From positions 50,592,001-50,656,000 of the forward strand of contig OX597814.1 in assembly GCA_951406725.2 (NCBI GenBank): a stretch of DNA of 64,000 bases. Reading direction: 5' to 3'. Of this stretch, positions 27,160-41,551 are shown piece by piece; position 1 is the stretch's first letter; each line of letters starts with the position of its first letter. Under the pieces are notes generated by a model that saw only the letters and a list, made by a program, of their open reading frames with translations, made no database searches and had not been told where the DNA came from. The position numbers and the translations under genes were made by a program. The stretch is from Octopus vulgaris. Lineage: Eukaryota.

Positions 27160-28416
27160 GTTGTTGTTGTTGTTGTTGTTATTATTATGTGTGACTTCGG
27201 TTTACCAGTAGTTCTATTTTCTGACTGGAATAGTATTTCAAACTATTGAACTCTGGTTTGATATTGGTTTGACTTTTCAATAATACTCATTTCTGATGCT
27301 CTCCTTTATTTTTATCGATTATATTTACTTGTATGCCTAGTTATATTCTGATTATCTCATTGCAGTGTCCGAATATAGCTTAATGTTTTCAGTTTCAATT
27401 AATTTACATCTTAGAGTAGCTTTGTTGTATTTATCTAAATCTATATTCATTCTGGTTTACAGATTAATTCTTGCACATGTTCTCTAGATTCTCCAAGTAA
27501 GAATTATCTCTTGGAAAATGTCTTAAACTTCTGTATAAAAAATATAGTTTATAATTTGCGCAAAAGCATTTGTGGTTTCATTTAAACAGCTAATTGTGTC
27601 AAACCTAGGGAGAAGTGCAATGAAAATAAAAGGAAATTTTTTCTAAATGGTATATAGCTGTATTTATATATTATCTTCGTTTTACATGGACTAATAGTGT
27701 TGTATTATTTATATAAAATGTTTCTAATATGTATATCCATAAATGTGATATGCTGGAGAATACTTCTCTGAAATCAATCCATGCCATGCTAGGATTTTTT
27801 CTTTCTCTTCTTGCAGTCTTTAATAATTACTAGGTTCCCCAATTGCTGTATTTCATACCAAACACATCGTTCCGACTTCCCTTCTGCTCATCTGGTATAA
27901 TATTATTTTCCAAATGAACACAGCCAACCTGCTCGACATTATAAATGTAAAGACTTTGTATACTGTTGGTAAGCAGGTTATTGGTCTGCAGGTTTGGGTT
28001 TCCCAGTTGCTTTTGGTTGGGGAATCAATATTGTTTGTTTTATGTTTTGTTTTGTTTCCTTTTGGTAACCAGCTGGATGTTAATACTGGTCTGCTTAGTA
28101 AATCAATAAATGAATGCTAATGACACATATTCATGAATATATGGAACCAGCATTCAATGAATTACTAAACAGATATTTCGTCAGGATTTGCTGACTTCGA
28201 CAATTCCGTGAGGTCTTCAGTTGCTAGCAGTCTTCATTGTGCTGATGAAATTCCCTGCTAGTTATGCTGGGCCATGCTTCTGGTATTATTACATATATCT
28301 TCTCCTTACCTTCTAATCTATTGTGCGCTTTGTGATGAATGTTTTCCTTCCGTATCTTCTCCGATTATATATTCATATGCGTTGATGCTGGTGTTATATA
28401 TACATACATACGTATA

Positions 28417-28470
<54 letters not shown>

Positions 28471-28485
28471 ATGTATACACATACC

Positions 28486-28524
<39 letters not shown>

Positions 28525-28535
28525 ACACACGCATT

Positions 28536-28591
<56 letters not shown>

Positions 28592-28619
28592 TGTGTGTGT
28601 GTTTTGTTCTTTGTTCTTT

Positions 28620-29830
28620 GTTGATGTCTCCGTAGAATATTTTGGTTTTTGTTTCAAATGTCTTATTCTCATGAAAGAAGTACTGGCTGTCTTTAAAGTG
28701 TCTTTTCCAGCCTGACTTGGCTAAGATTGTTGGTTTCATTTCTTTCTTTTCTCTTTTCCTTCGCAAGATTTCTTTTGTATTAATGTTAGATTTTCTAAAC
28801 AGCTATAGTGTTTTTCTTTTTTTTTCCCTACATAACCCCGCGTTCTATTTCCCTAAGTATAGATAATTCATTTTTTCTTTTTCCAATTTTATATATTTTC
28901 TTTTCGTTGCTTATTTGGTGGATTTAAGTGAAGAGTTTCTTACTCTATTAGGGTCGAGCTCAAATTCCCTCGACACTCCCGTGGCTACTGAATAGGCTGG
29001 ATCATTTAGCTTGTTCATGTTCAGGTTTGTTTCTTTAGAAAAGAACGTCTTGAGAGGGTGGCTTGTTGTTTTTAGTTATTACTTTATGGATGTAGCTTGG
29101 GCAAAGATTTCCGTTGATCCATGTTTATTGACATAATTATGTTTACATTTTCTATATCATTTATCGTTTTTGATAGATTTCCTTCGTTAATCCGCTGTAT
29201 TGTTCTTATCTGTTTATTGTAACGTGTGCGATCGAAAGTATGTTTTTGAGGTTGGCCATTTTGGTTGGTTGTATCCCTGGGGACTTTTGTGGTCTTCATC
29301 TTTGTTTGGGGGTCGTTGTTTCATTTTTTATGCCTGTTTTTATTTTACTCTGACACCTAATTTCCTATGTATACAATTCTGTTTTGAGTTGTGGATTTTT
29401 TTGTCTTAGATGTGTAGTCATTTCAGTTGATTTATGTTCCTGTTTTTTTCTGTTGAAGGGACTTAACATATTTTGTCTGAAGTAGTTTCTGCTATACTAC
29501 TTTCTTTAGTTTGATAAAGTTTTTTCTTTTGTGTGGGGTGGGGTGATCTGCTGTTCTGCTTTTCGTTTTGCAAAATTTTATTTATTTTGGGCCGTTGTAT
29601 TTCTCTTCATAAGATCATTTTTACTGTTAATACAAATCTCTATACAATTACAAAGTTGCTTCGACTTATTTTGTCGCAAGCCTCTACCCTTTTCTTCTCT
29701 GTGCATTGCACGTCGCTTTTATAGTAGTTGTGTGTATTGGTAGTAATGTGGCTATGTAACACTGTAAAGGTACTGTAGCTTTTTCATTAGCTTTTTTTTT
29801 TTTTTATTTTGGTGGATGCCAACAATAGGA
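28620..29830 (-). mobile_element. Probable decayed LINE 5' region
   Basis: Strongly A-rich minus strand with broken K/N/T-rich frames (..KTKIFYGD.. resembles the endonuclease GDFN context). Weak support. Confidence 0.3.
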
Positions 29831-31312
29831 AGCGGACCTCTGTGTGTGGTGGTGAGTTAAACTTGTGAGAAAACACTACTTCAGGCGTTTTTAATTAGGT
29901 TGATAACAAAGTTACATTAATCACGTATTGTAGCACGCATCTCAAATGCTCCGTTCAGTACTACTGTGGTGCTACTCAGTACTCCACTTTCCGTCTAAAT
30001 ATTGTTTGTTGGTCAAGACAATGTACTGGAGTGTAAACGAGAATCCCATTTCCCTTCTTGAGGTCACCAGGCACGAATTGGAAGGATCCAGTCCATGATT
30101 AGATTCATTGAAGTGTCAGATGCATTGACAATTAAAACTAGTGAACGGCAAAGTATGGTACTCTAACAGCCACATAACATTACATCGTATGATTTACTTG
30201 ACGGCTTCAATATACAATATACATTAAACATAACTGTATGTTAAGATCAATGGTTCTCAAACTTATTCGGACTGCCACCCCACTTGGTTCCCATGTCACA
30301 TTCCTAGCGTCCAACCATCACCGCCAAATCACCAGAAAAATAGATTTCTTTCAACTGCAAATTCAAAACAACTGTATTTCACAATTTCAATATCTTAACC
30401 TAGTTAAGCCATTATTCTTTTACAATCTGAAAGAGCAAAACTACATCTCACTCGTAACTACGTTGTTTTCATATTTTTACTACGATAGATCCCCGAGTTC
30501 AAGTATTTTCCGTTTGGTTTTACTTTACTGAGCTGTACTGAAACCCTGCTCTTCTGAATAATCCGCCCACTGGGCCCCCAGCCTATGACGGGGAAACTAC
30601 TTCCGGATCGACAAATAGGAAGCATAGCAAGTATATAGAACAAAGTGTCAAGAAAAACAATGCCAGCCAAAATTAAAAGCACCCGCTGTAGCTACATTGG
30701 GATAATAACAAAAATAGTAATATCGCCAACACGTTAACAGTCACGGAAAGTGAGATCAGCAGATCCACAAATGCAACTAAATCTAATAAATGTCCGTTTA
30801 GAAAAGAAACAAAATGCTTAAGGTGAGAAAAATACCAACTTGAGTTTCTCAATAAGTATTGCTCCCCGTGGATGAAAACGCAAGAACTAACGTCTATCAA
30901 CACAGGTAACCCTAACCTTGGCATTGATGCTTTCTACAGGCTATCGGTTGTTTCATTACACATTCGAAAAATACCCATCCACAATTTCAGTATTTATGCC
31001 TGTATTTATGACTTTACGACTGCTACACGTATCCCAGCCAGACCCAGTGGACCGTATCACAGAATCTGTAACTCCTCAGCAAGCGGAGTTGTATCACTAG
31101 CCAGTAATAGGCGCTGATTTTATTAAAAACTACTTAATTCTGTGTGCGAGCCTATGTGCACCAAACCATGCGTGTGTGCTTGTATGTGTGCGTGCATGTA
31201 TGTATATGAGCGAGTGTACTCGAATGTGTGTTTGTAAGAGCGAGTACACTCGAATGTTCATACGCCAGATCAGGTATGTGAAGGAGTTTGTACATCCATA
31301 TCTACTACATAT

Positions 31313-31567
31313 CTTCTGCCGGAGCCGCATGGAGCTTGGATGTTTCGCTCATAAACACACCCATCGCCCGGTCTGAGATTCGAACCCACGACCCCTCGAC
31401 TGCGAGTCCGCTGCTATAACCACTAGGCCATGTGCCTCCACCATCACCATAACTGGGAACACAACACTTCAACAAAGGACAAAGTCACATTGTGTGGTGC
31501 TAAAGAAGCGCGGCTATTTCTAACACTAGGCATCTGTAGGTTTGAAACTACAGATGTGACGGTACTT
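31313..31567. repeat. Local 255-bp duplication (SINE head + flank), copy 1
   Basis: Near-identical to 33971-34225. Confidence 0.9.
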
Positions 31568-32005
31568 TCTGCATCTGATTTTTGTCATGGATCTTCTATA
31601 AGAAAGAAGCCGCATACCTTAATTTGCCTTTTCTATATACAAAGAACAAGAAGAAATCTTGCAAAACAGAGTTTATCTTAACGAGATACCTCTTGAAATC
31701 ATCTGAGGTAACACATCTACACCGAGAGATACGCCTAAACCAGATGTTCAGTATCCCACCCGCGAAGGATCGATGCTAGTGGGTCGAAACAGATGTAGTG
31801 ATCAATAAAGATTCTCGTTTCTTCCATCTTCTGTCTCTCCCATTAACTAGATTCCAGCAATGGAACTTTGTTCCTTTGTCAGAGACCAGCTCCTTTCTTT
31901 GAAAAAGGTAGTAATAAATTAAAAAGAAGAGACATATATGTATCTATGTGTTATTTATGCATATGTGCGTGTATGTATGAATTATGTATGTATATGTATG
32001 TGTGC

Positions 32006-32063
<58 letters not shown>

Positions 32064-32584
32064 TTATAAAAATATGGTAAAGTAAAAAAATTCACTTTAC
32101 CACACACCGAACTTTTCAGAAATAGCAGCCAAAAATTTGGCTATTTCTTCAACTGCAAGTAAAAGTCTCCAGACAATGCATACTCAGAAAATAACTCACA
32201 TAGGTATAAGGGAAAAACAATGAAAGATCACATCCATATAAGATACCCGAGGACAGCCTGTTTCTGGATTCGTGGGTTAAACGCCACTTTTCCTTCATCA
32301 GCTCAGAGATTTCTTCTGATTTAGATTTGAAAATACTAAGAATCAAACATACCCGTCCGATATCTGTAACATCGGACAAACCATGCCAGACAACCAGTAC
32401 TAGCGAATCCAAAAATACAAATGAGATCTATTATTCTCCCTGTCCACCCACGTGAGTCATAGAGTAGTACATTCCTACAGAGGCAAAAACTGTAGTTCAA
32501 ATTCTTAGAGAGAAAGCATTATATTGTCAGTAAAAAAGGGTAGAATTAATTAATTGTTAATCAATTCGACCAAGCAGTATTCGG

Positions 32585-32674
<90 letters not shown>

Positions 32675-33407
32675 CATACATACATATATACATACAGAGA
32701 GAGAGAGAGATGGAGAAAGAATGAGTGAGAGACGAGGAGAGATAAAGAGGGAAGGGGGTTGGTAGGTGTTCAGAAACAGAGATACAACAAAAGGAGAAAA
32801 ACGTTTCCACAAACATTTTATTTTATATCAATTTTCATTTCACTTATCAACATTAATTTTTTCACTTGATGCCAAGTTCACGTTCAGATGTATATGATGG
32901 AACATTGCAATTTTTTTTTTAAATTTAAGTCTGGATGATTAGCGGAAAATAATAAACAGTGGGAAAGTAAATAAGTAGGTCCTTACTGTCAACTTCGATG
33001 TCAACCATTTGCAGAATCGATCATGTAAGTCTGTTGAGAACGTTCTCTAAATTTGCAAATAAAGAAGCAATACAAGTGTGGATGCATGTGTACACGCGTG
33101 TGTGTATGTATGTGTGTTGATGTGTAAGACATAATATCATACCGGAATATCTGAAAAAAAAACATTAGTCTCTGAAATGTGTCGAGTATATCATTGAATT
33201 TCTTTCATTTATCTCTCACACACTCACACACACTCTCTCTTTCTCTCTTTCTCTCTCTCTCTCTTTCTCTCTCTGTACGTATGCATTTACGTATATACAT
33301 ATATACAATATATATTTACACATACGTATAAATATATGTGTGGGTGTGTCTATTTGTGTGTGTGTGTATTGTGTATTTATACACACACACACACGCGCAC
33401 ACACACG

Positions 33408-33452
<45 letters not shown>

Positions 33453-33799
33453 CTGATTGATTGTCCATAAAAATTGACGAAGGCTTAGCAGGTGCTACAA
33501 ATTAAAGAAAATACAGCAACAAATTTAAAATATAGAACGAAATAAAAGAAAGAAAATAGAAGCGAAAGATATATCTTCGACTACAAATTCCCTAATCAGA
33601 GGACGCATCCATACAGGAGGTGACAGGAGATTTACAATTCCCTCCGCCTTTATACGCCATCCGTGTACCTAGATTTATAGAAATGATTGTAATCTATTGT
33701 GGATTTGTGTGATATCTTGACCGTCGTAAAAAAGGACCCACAGTCTATGCTTTCAAGGTGCTTCAACCATCAGTAATTAATGAAGACTATCACCATAAC

Positions 33800-34098
33800 T
33801 TGTTCCTTCTCGAGCCATCTATGGCTCATAAGAGCCGGTTTCCCGGTTTCCTTGGCGTATAGGTTCCCCACCTGGACGGGACGCCGGTCTGTCGCAGATG
33901 AGCTGCAAGATGCGGGAGGAAAGAGTGGGAGAAAGTTGTGGCGAAGGAGTCAGCAGAAGTTCGCCATTACCTTCTGCCGGAGCCGCATGGAGCTTGGATG
34001 TCTCGCTCATAAACACACACATCGCCCGGTCTGAGATTCGAACCCACGACCCCTTGACTGCGAGTCCGCTGCTATAACCACTAGGCCATGTGCCTCCA
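33800..34098 (-). mobile_element. tRNA-derived SINE, mosaic of B1 and B2 modules
   Basis: Head GGAGGCACATGGCCTAGTGGTT..GGTTCGAATC. The middle resembles 4580-4700 and the tail resembles 34930-35000. Confidence 0.8.
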
Positions 34099-34897
34099 CC
34101 ATCACCATAACTGGGAACACAACACTTCAACAGAGGACAAACTCACATTGTGTGGTGCTAAAAAAGCGCGGCTATTTCTAACACTAGGCACCTGTAGGTT
34201 TGAAACTACAGATGTGACGGTACTTCACAGTTATAATGGTCCGCCCGAACAACAATACTTGGATCTTAGTTGAAGGTCTGTCACTGTTATATCCCACACC
34301 CTTAGCTATTGGAGACAAATTCTCGACTAGCGCAAGGGCTTTTTTATTTGAGAAGAATCTGCACATGAACCAAACGCACTTCCTCATCTCACGCAATGTA
34401 TTCAACGGCAAAATAAAGTCACGATAACCCGGCTTGTATGAATGCAGGAGATTGCCAAATGTGGTTGAAAGGAATTCCAGACCTCGCAATACCATCTAAC
34501 TTGGTATGTGTACATGCCATAACAGCATACCAGATGTTTGTTCTGCATCATAGGTTCTAGTCCAGCTTCACAGTATGTTATCACCGCATCATTTTCCCCC
34601 ATTGAACTGCAACAAACAATTTCAAAGCTGTGGAGATCAATGTTATTTATTTCCTTCCTTACTTCCTTTGAATGAAATGCGAATATGCCACAAAGCATGT
34701 GCACATATAAAGAATGACCACTGACTCCTTTGAGTTTATCCCGCCTTGACAGGCCGCTTGAGAGTTTCACAGGTAACATGTAACTCAGCACAACTTGCTG
34801 TGTAATAAGATCGTCAATGACTGAACTGGCAACATCAGACTATACGACCCCAGTCATCCCTGATGATCTGGTGTCATACAACAAAAAATAATAAATA

Positions 34898-35146
34898 AAT
34901 GCGCCCTTTTAAAGCCTAGCCAGACTCATGGGCCCGGTTTCCCGGTTTCAATGGCGTATGCGTTCCCCAGCTGGACGGGATGCTAGTCCATCGCAGCGTT
35001 ACTCATTTTTGCCAGCTGAGTGGACTGCAACAACGTGAAAGGAAGTGTTTTGCTCAAGAACACAACGCGTCGCCCGGTCCAGGAATTGAAACCACAATCT
35101 TACGATCATGAGGCTGACACCCTAACCACTAAGCCACGCGCCTCCA
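34898..35146 (-). mobile_element. SINE family B2
   Basis: Reverse complement of 26833-27090. Confidence 0.85.
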
Positions 35147-36048
35147 CTGTCATGCAACAACTGCATCAATACTATATGATGGCGAAACCTTCACGTTATG
35201 ATCATGTAATCTAATGGCTCACATAACAATTCGATTTTTGTAATATCTAGTCAGGTTCTAATTTCTGCAGGTACGATGCCACACAGTACAACTTGTCTCA
35301 TAGTTGAGTGGTCCGACGGCCAAATTGAACAGTTTACTAGATGCAGAATATATTTTGGCACTTAGTAGGGCTTAAAATAAAACCTATCTAAAAGCCTCTC
35401 ACAGATAAGCCAACAACTTATCATACCACTACAAGATTATCTTGTTTACACTCATGTTGCTGATGGCCTCTTTAGACGACAGATTTTGGGTGGAGGGAGG
35501 AAAATATTATTATTATATTCGTTTCCATCACACATTATTATTCATTTCCTCATTACGTGAAGTTTATTGTCATCCCAAAAGAATACATACAGTAAGATCG
35601 AGACGCAATCCATAATTATAATTTATAATTTATTGCTCATGATAAATTAATAAGAATCGAATACTTAAAACCATATCATCTATTTTTATTAGAATCCTAT
35701 TTGCTAGAATTTATAAACAAGGATTAAATTGAAACATAATACTTTTTAAACTTATGTAAATTTATTGATTAATAAAATTTATATATTGGTGTGTGCGTCT
35801 AATGTATAAATATACATAAAAAACTATTAAACTTTAATCGAAGAAGCATTCACTGCATACATGTAGAGTATCGAATATATTTTCACATGGAAAACGGTAA
35901 CGGTGTCATCAAGATTCACCGGTGGTTGTATTGCACGCGCACTCGGTGCGTGTGTGTGTGTGTGAGCGGGCATGCATGTGTATGTGTATGTATGTGCTTG
36001 TGTATGTGGGTGTGTGCGTGCATGTGTGTGTATAAGTGTGTGTATATT

Positions 36049-36082
<34 letters not shown>

Positions 36083-36279
36083 TATGTGTGTGTGCACGCA
36101 TGCGTGTGTGTGCGCGCGCGTTTGTGTATGAGTGCGTGTGTAAGTTTTATACATAATCCAGTCTATAGTATCAGTGAAAAGATATTTTTAAGATTCTGAA
36201 ACATGTCATGGTTACCTCTGAGTCGTTTAAAATATTTACCTTCTGTAGTTAGCGTGTGTGTGTGTGTGTGTGTGTGTGA

Positions 36280-36311
<32 letters not shown>

Positions 36312-36534
36312 GTGTATGTGTGTGTGTGTGTGAATGCGTGTGTGTATGTATATATTTTTAAAACCAAAAAATGACTTTGAGAAAAGTAATTCAAATGTTT
36401 TTTTTTCTGTTACTTGAAGTCACAGTCACCATTTTTTGTGAAAATAAGTACTAAACTATACAGTAGCCTTTGTGCAAATTTATACATAAAACGTACACAA
36501 CAATATATGTGAATCTGTGGGTGTGAATGGATAC

Positions 36535-36589
<55 letters not shown>

Positions 36590-36677
36590 ACTCTAAATAT
36601 CCATGTATGAGTACGTGTACACACACACACACGCACACACATACATATTAAAGTAATAAAGTTAATATCCAGTCATA

Positions 36678-36737
36678 GAGTGACCAATGATTTCGCATCC
36701 ACAAGGATCTTAGCCTCGTGGACGTCTCCTCAGACTC
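36678..36737 (-). ncRNA. Candidate minimal type I hammerhead ribozyme
   Basis: Minus strand reads GAGT-CTGAGGA-GACGTCCACGAGG-ctaagat-CCTTGTGGATGC-GAAA-tcattg-GTC-ACTC. Stems I and II pair and the cleavage triplet is GUC. Confidence 0.7.
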
Positions 36738-36931
36738 AAAGGCCGAAGGCAAATGTAACTCTTCACCTCTGGGAGGCAGGAATCCGTTACGGTCATTTGA
36801 TCAGTTGGTCATCAAAGAACAAATAGTAAGGTGTCAGTGAGAACGGATTATTCCCTTAGACCAATTGTTTGCGAGCTGGGAAAGGGGTGGGGACTATAGA
36901 TTTATCCCTTGGGCTATACGAACAGACAGAC

Positions 36932-37034
<103 letters not shown>

Positions 37035-38549
37035 CAGAGATCCAGCTGGGTTACAATTGTCTATGCGAACTGGCTGCTAAAATTAAACAAGTTCACAGAA
37101 CTGGTTCGTAAATACCCTTGTCTACCAACTCTCATTTTGACGACTTACTGACTATACATTCACTGGAGAAAGAAGTTAATACGAAGTTTTCACTTCAGCG
37201 TTTAAATGAAATTTGATACGAGAGATAGGCAAAAGAATCCCGGGAAACAACCATTGGTCTTTATGAGAGGGTTTGATATCGACAAAATAAATAACAATTC
37301 GACTAAAAAAATAACAATGGTACTAATTTGAACCATTTAAGTAGCAGAATCTCATTTTGAACCTTTTTTTTTTCTTCTGATTTAGCTAACTCCAGACTTC
37401 ACCAGAATATAATAGCCGTGATAGTGATACTTCTAAAATGGTCAATATGACGCCTTGAAAATTCGCAGAGGAGCAAGTGGACAACTATTCTTCATAACTC
37501 GCTAGGAATTTCAATACGTATGATTCTCCTGTCATCATTGAGAGAAGTTTTAAACACTTTTGAAGTTTTTTGCGACGCTTTTCTATAAATTTGCATTTCA
37601 TTTTATTCTTTTATTCTTTTATATGTTACAGCCCTGAGGCTACGGCCATATTGGTACACCGCTCATGTTTTGTTTTTTAATAATTAAAATTTGAATTTGC
37701 ATTTAGTTACATGCAATTTTTCTTTGAAACTTTCAAACCAATATCTGGATTTTTATATCTACTGCCTCTTTCGTATCTCAGCATTTAATCAAAAAACTGT
37801 TGAAACACAGGCTGTAAATTTGAAGAAAAACTTCTATTTTGGGAGTTATTTTCTCTTATTTTTTCTTATACCTTAGAATATCCTCTAAATTACTTTGTCT
37901 ATTCGTACTTTAGGTTTTACTGAAAACATGCTGAAACAACAGGAACTTTTATTAACACACCTGATTCTTGAGTGAAAGTTAAAAATTAAAACTTGATTTT
38001 TAAATTCTTTGGAATGTTTTCTCTAACTTTTACATGAATTTGCCAATATTTTGGGTTGATTATCAATATATATATTTCAACTTAGTCACATGCAAATTTT
38101 ACTTTGGAATATCCGAAAAACACCTTTTTAATTGCTTTTCTTACTTAATGATTTTGCTTCTGTATATTTAGCGAATGGCCGCTTTAATAAACAGCTACTC
38201 TAATTATTATTTGCAAGGGATTCGTTTGTTTTAGCATGACAGGACCAAAAAACATTTAACCCAAAAAGCATGACAATGGTTTTTTTATATTAAAGCATAT
38301 TGTATTTTTCTTCTGTTAGCCATGAAATGAACTTCACATGAAAGGCATGTGTGGTATTGAAGTATTTTCATGTACAGCATGGACCTTATAACAAAGTGCC
38401 AGCAAAATAGAGTGAAATTTCAGGGGAGAAATCCAAAAATTTGATTGGAGACAAAATCTTGATGAAAGAAAACTTTTATCAACTTCACTGAGCGATAATC
38501 TTTTGAACATCAAGTTTCACATTAACATGTGATGACACTCTTAAGACTC

Positions 38550-39850
38550 ACAAGATGAAAGATGTGTTCTTGATGGCTGGAGTATGAAGCAAGTTGAGGA
38601 GTTCGTAAAAAAAATGGTGGGTTACATGTTATCAACAAGAAAATTAGCTATGACCATTGAGTTAAATTTGAGTCCATACACATGGAGAGGCTGCAATGTT
38701 GAAACATTAGGAACAAATAAAGTCGTCAAGTATGCATCTCTTAGAAAATAAAATAAGCAATCATTTTTCATCAAAAGCACATAATATATGTGAAACAGAA
38801 CTGACGGAAGGCGAAGTAAATATAATTACAAAACCATTGATGAAATAAATAAAAATCTATAAGCTCCATATGAAAATTGCTTTAATACTGTCTACGGTAC
38901 ATAAAATGAAACAGGCTTTGTTAGGATATTGATGATGGGATTGGAAATGGGAGTAGAACTTCATTCTCGCAAGACAGCTGTTAAAATAGTCGATCATACT
39001 GCGAAGGAAATTAAACGAGAAATATTTATGAAAAACAAAAAATAAACTTTGTGTGGTGAGGCTTCAATGGTGCAATTCAACCAGTTATCATTTTTCTGAA
39101 AGTTGAAGAGAGTGATTTTTGGTGATTTATTTTTATTTAACTGAGTCGAGATAACAAGATGCAGAAAAAATACATTTTTATATTTTAAAGTTTGCCTTTT
39201 ACATTTCAGCTACATAATGAATGAATCATCGTTGTTTTGGATGATTATATCGAAAACATAAAACAAGTGTACCACGATAAAATATTTATTGATGAAATAT
39301 GCAGATTCTTTTACCAAATAAAAATCAGATGGAACTTATTTAAATTCCAGGAATTTAGTAAAGTTTTAGGAATAAGAAAGGCTACTTGCAGCCTTAAATC
39401 AGCAGTTGCAATACGGAATGCTTATCCAGCATTGTTCAAATATTTTCTCTTCTGTAAACAACATAAAAGTCATACCCTTAATTATATACATGCAAACTAT
39501 TTTTGCCACATAAGTCATGGATGTTAGTTGGATATAATTTTGTGTTTGAAATGACCGGGATAAATAACAAATTTGTGATTTCTGCTAAAAGGAAATTTAT
39601 TCAAATCCTCAGATCTCTTGTTTAGGCCAAAAGTCCAGTAATTTACGTCTTGTATTACAACACTCACTGCTAGATCATTAAATACTGATTTGATTCGCTT
39701 CAATTTCAAACAATACGAAATATCTTTCTGGGTTTTTTTAAGGAAGGCAGTTAGAATTTGCAATAAGTGCGTCATTCCTAAGTTACGCTGCTTAACTAAA
39801 ACGAAATTGCTTCAACCGAGAAATGTCTACTCTCAGACTAAATTGATTTT
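38550..39850 (+). pseudogene. Decayed hAT transposase (KIAA1586/ZNF862-like)
   Basis: Fragments FNTVY, GLEMGVELHSRKTAVKIVDHTAKEIKREIF and KVLGIRKATCSLKSAVAIRNAYPALFKYF resemble the hAT LHS..I..HIA and RW..S..A..W..Y.AL motifs. Many stops. Confidence 0.55.
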
Positions 39851-40214
39851 AAGCTTTGTCATCACTCAGGTAACTAATAAATAAAAGAAAGTTTGTTTTT
39901 TTTTAATTTTATTCGCTGTTTTATGAATAAATATTTATTTATTTGAAGGATTCTAAAATCTTGCAAGTTACAGAAGTGAAGTGGAAGAAAGTATATTTCA
40001 TGCTTGGAACGTTAGGAAACTAAAGTAGGATCACAATGTGATGAAAGAAAAATATTACATGCAGACTTTATAATGTTTCTCATATAAAAATACTGGAGAC
40101 GATCACCGGGCACATTTCACTCTCGTAGGAAATCCTTGTTTAAAGTCTAGCAGTAACATGTCTTGAAGGAGTATCAGTGATCAAATCATAATAATATAAG
40201 TGTAAATAAACAAA

Positions 40215-40440
40215 GTGGCGAGCTGACAAAATCGTTAGCACGCCGGGCAATTTGAGTAGCGACATTTCGTCCGTTATTACGTTCTGAGTTCCAATTCTGC
40301 TGATGTCGATTTTACCTTTCATTTTTTCGGGGTTGATAAAATAATAAGTACCAGTCTGGTACTGGGGTGGATGCAATCGACTTCTTTCCCCCCTCCCCGC
40401 CCTGAAATTGCTGGCCTTGTGCCAAAATTTGAAACCAATG
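40215..40440 (+). mobile_element. SINE family A
   Basis: Complete head, core and tail. Confidence 0.8.
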
Positions 40441-41551
40441 TAAGTTTAATTTTAAAATATAATAACTCTAAGATGGTAACTGCATTATAGTCAGGCCGGT
40501 AAAAACATATTTAATTATTAGAAACTAAAAAAGACCGAAACACTACAAATTGTACAGTAAGGAACAAATCGAATTCCAAAGACAGGCTGTTTTTAGAAAA
40601 ATAATCAATTGATGAGGTTTATAAAATGGAAGAAGCTCGTGTGTTACGGTCCACAAACTTATTTAATTTTACAAGATTATTATATAATGTATATTTCTAA
40701 CTTGATTTATCACGATTTTGAATTGAAGTCTCGCAGACCTTATCAAGTTTTATGAGTGTTTTTCAAAATAAATACCAGTAACACACTACGCTGGAGAATG
40801 TTCAAAGCTGTGTAATATGAACTGAGTAGCTCGAAATAATTTATACTGCATCTCAGTTTCACGTAATACTGCTGGAAATATTCTTTAAATGACCAATATA
40901 TTTTGCTTTCTCTCACTTTCTCAATTCTGTAATGTTATTCTTCATGAAGGAAACAGTGTATACATATTTAAATGAATCTGGAATCTGTAAAGAGTTGCTG
41001 CAGTAACTTCAATTACCAAATTTGATATCCAACCATATCCTTAAATCAAAATAAGCTAAAATTGAATATCACGAACTGTCTGACTAAAACCGACAGTATC
41101 CAGTAATTTCATGGATCAATCTATACCATACTTACCTCTTCTAAAGATTTTTTCTAACGAAGAAATAAAAATTTGCCTAGATCAATTACCCAGTGGTTTT
41201 GGTAAAGTGCTAGATGATATCTCTAGCCAAATTTAGTTTTGTCTCTGCGTTCTGGGTTCAAAACTGTTGAAGTGGACCTACTTTCATAACAGCAAATAGG
41301 TATTAGCCCAATACTGAGTCTGTCTGAAGCATTTAGACTGCTCCTCGATACATTTCTGGCATACTACAGATGTAAATAATCAATATTTACCTATATCTGC
41401 TGCTCAATCTGTTAATCCCTTCTCAAAAAGTATGACTAACATTTTATGTATTTATTTGTTTATTTGTACAAAAAATATTTAGCTGAATCACTTATAACCA
41501 CTGCTCAGAAGAAACATTTAACCCTTCTTACTCGCAATATCATCTTATTCT

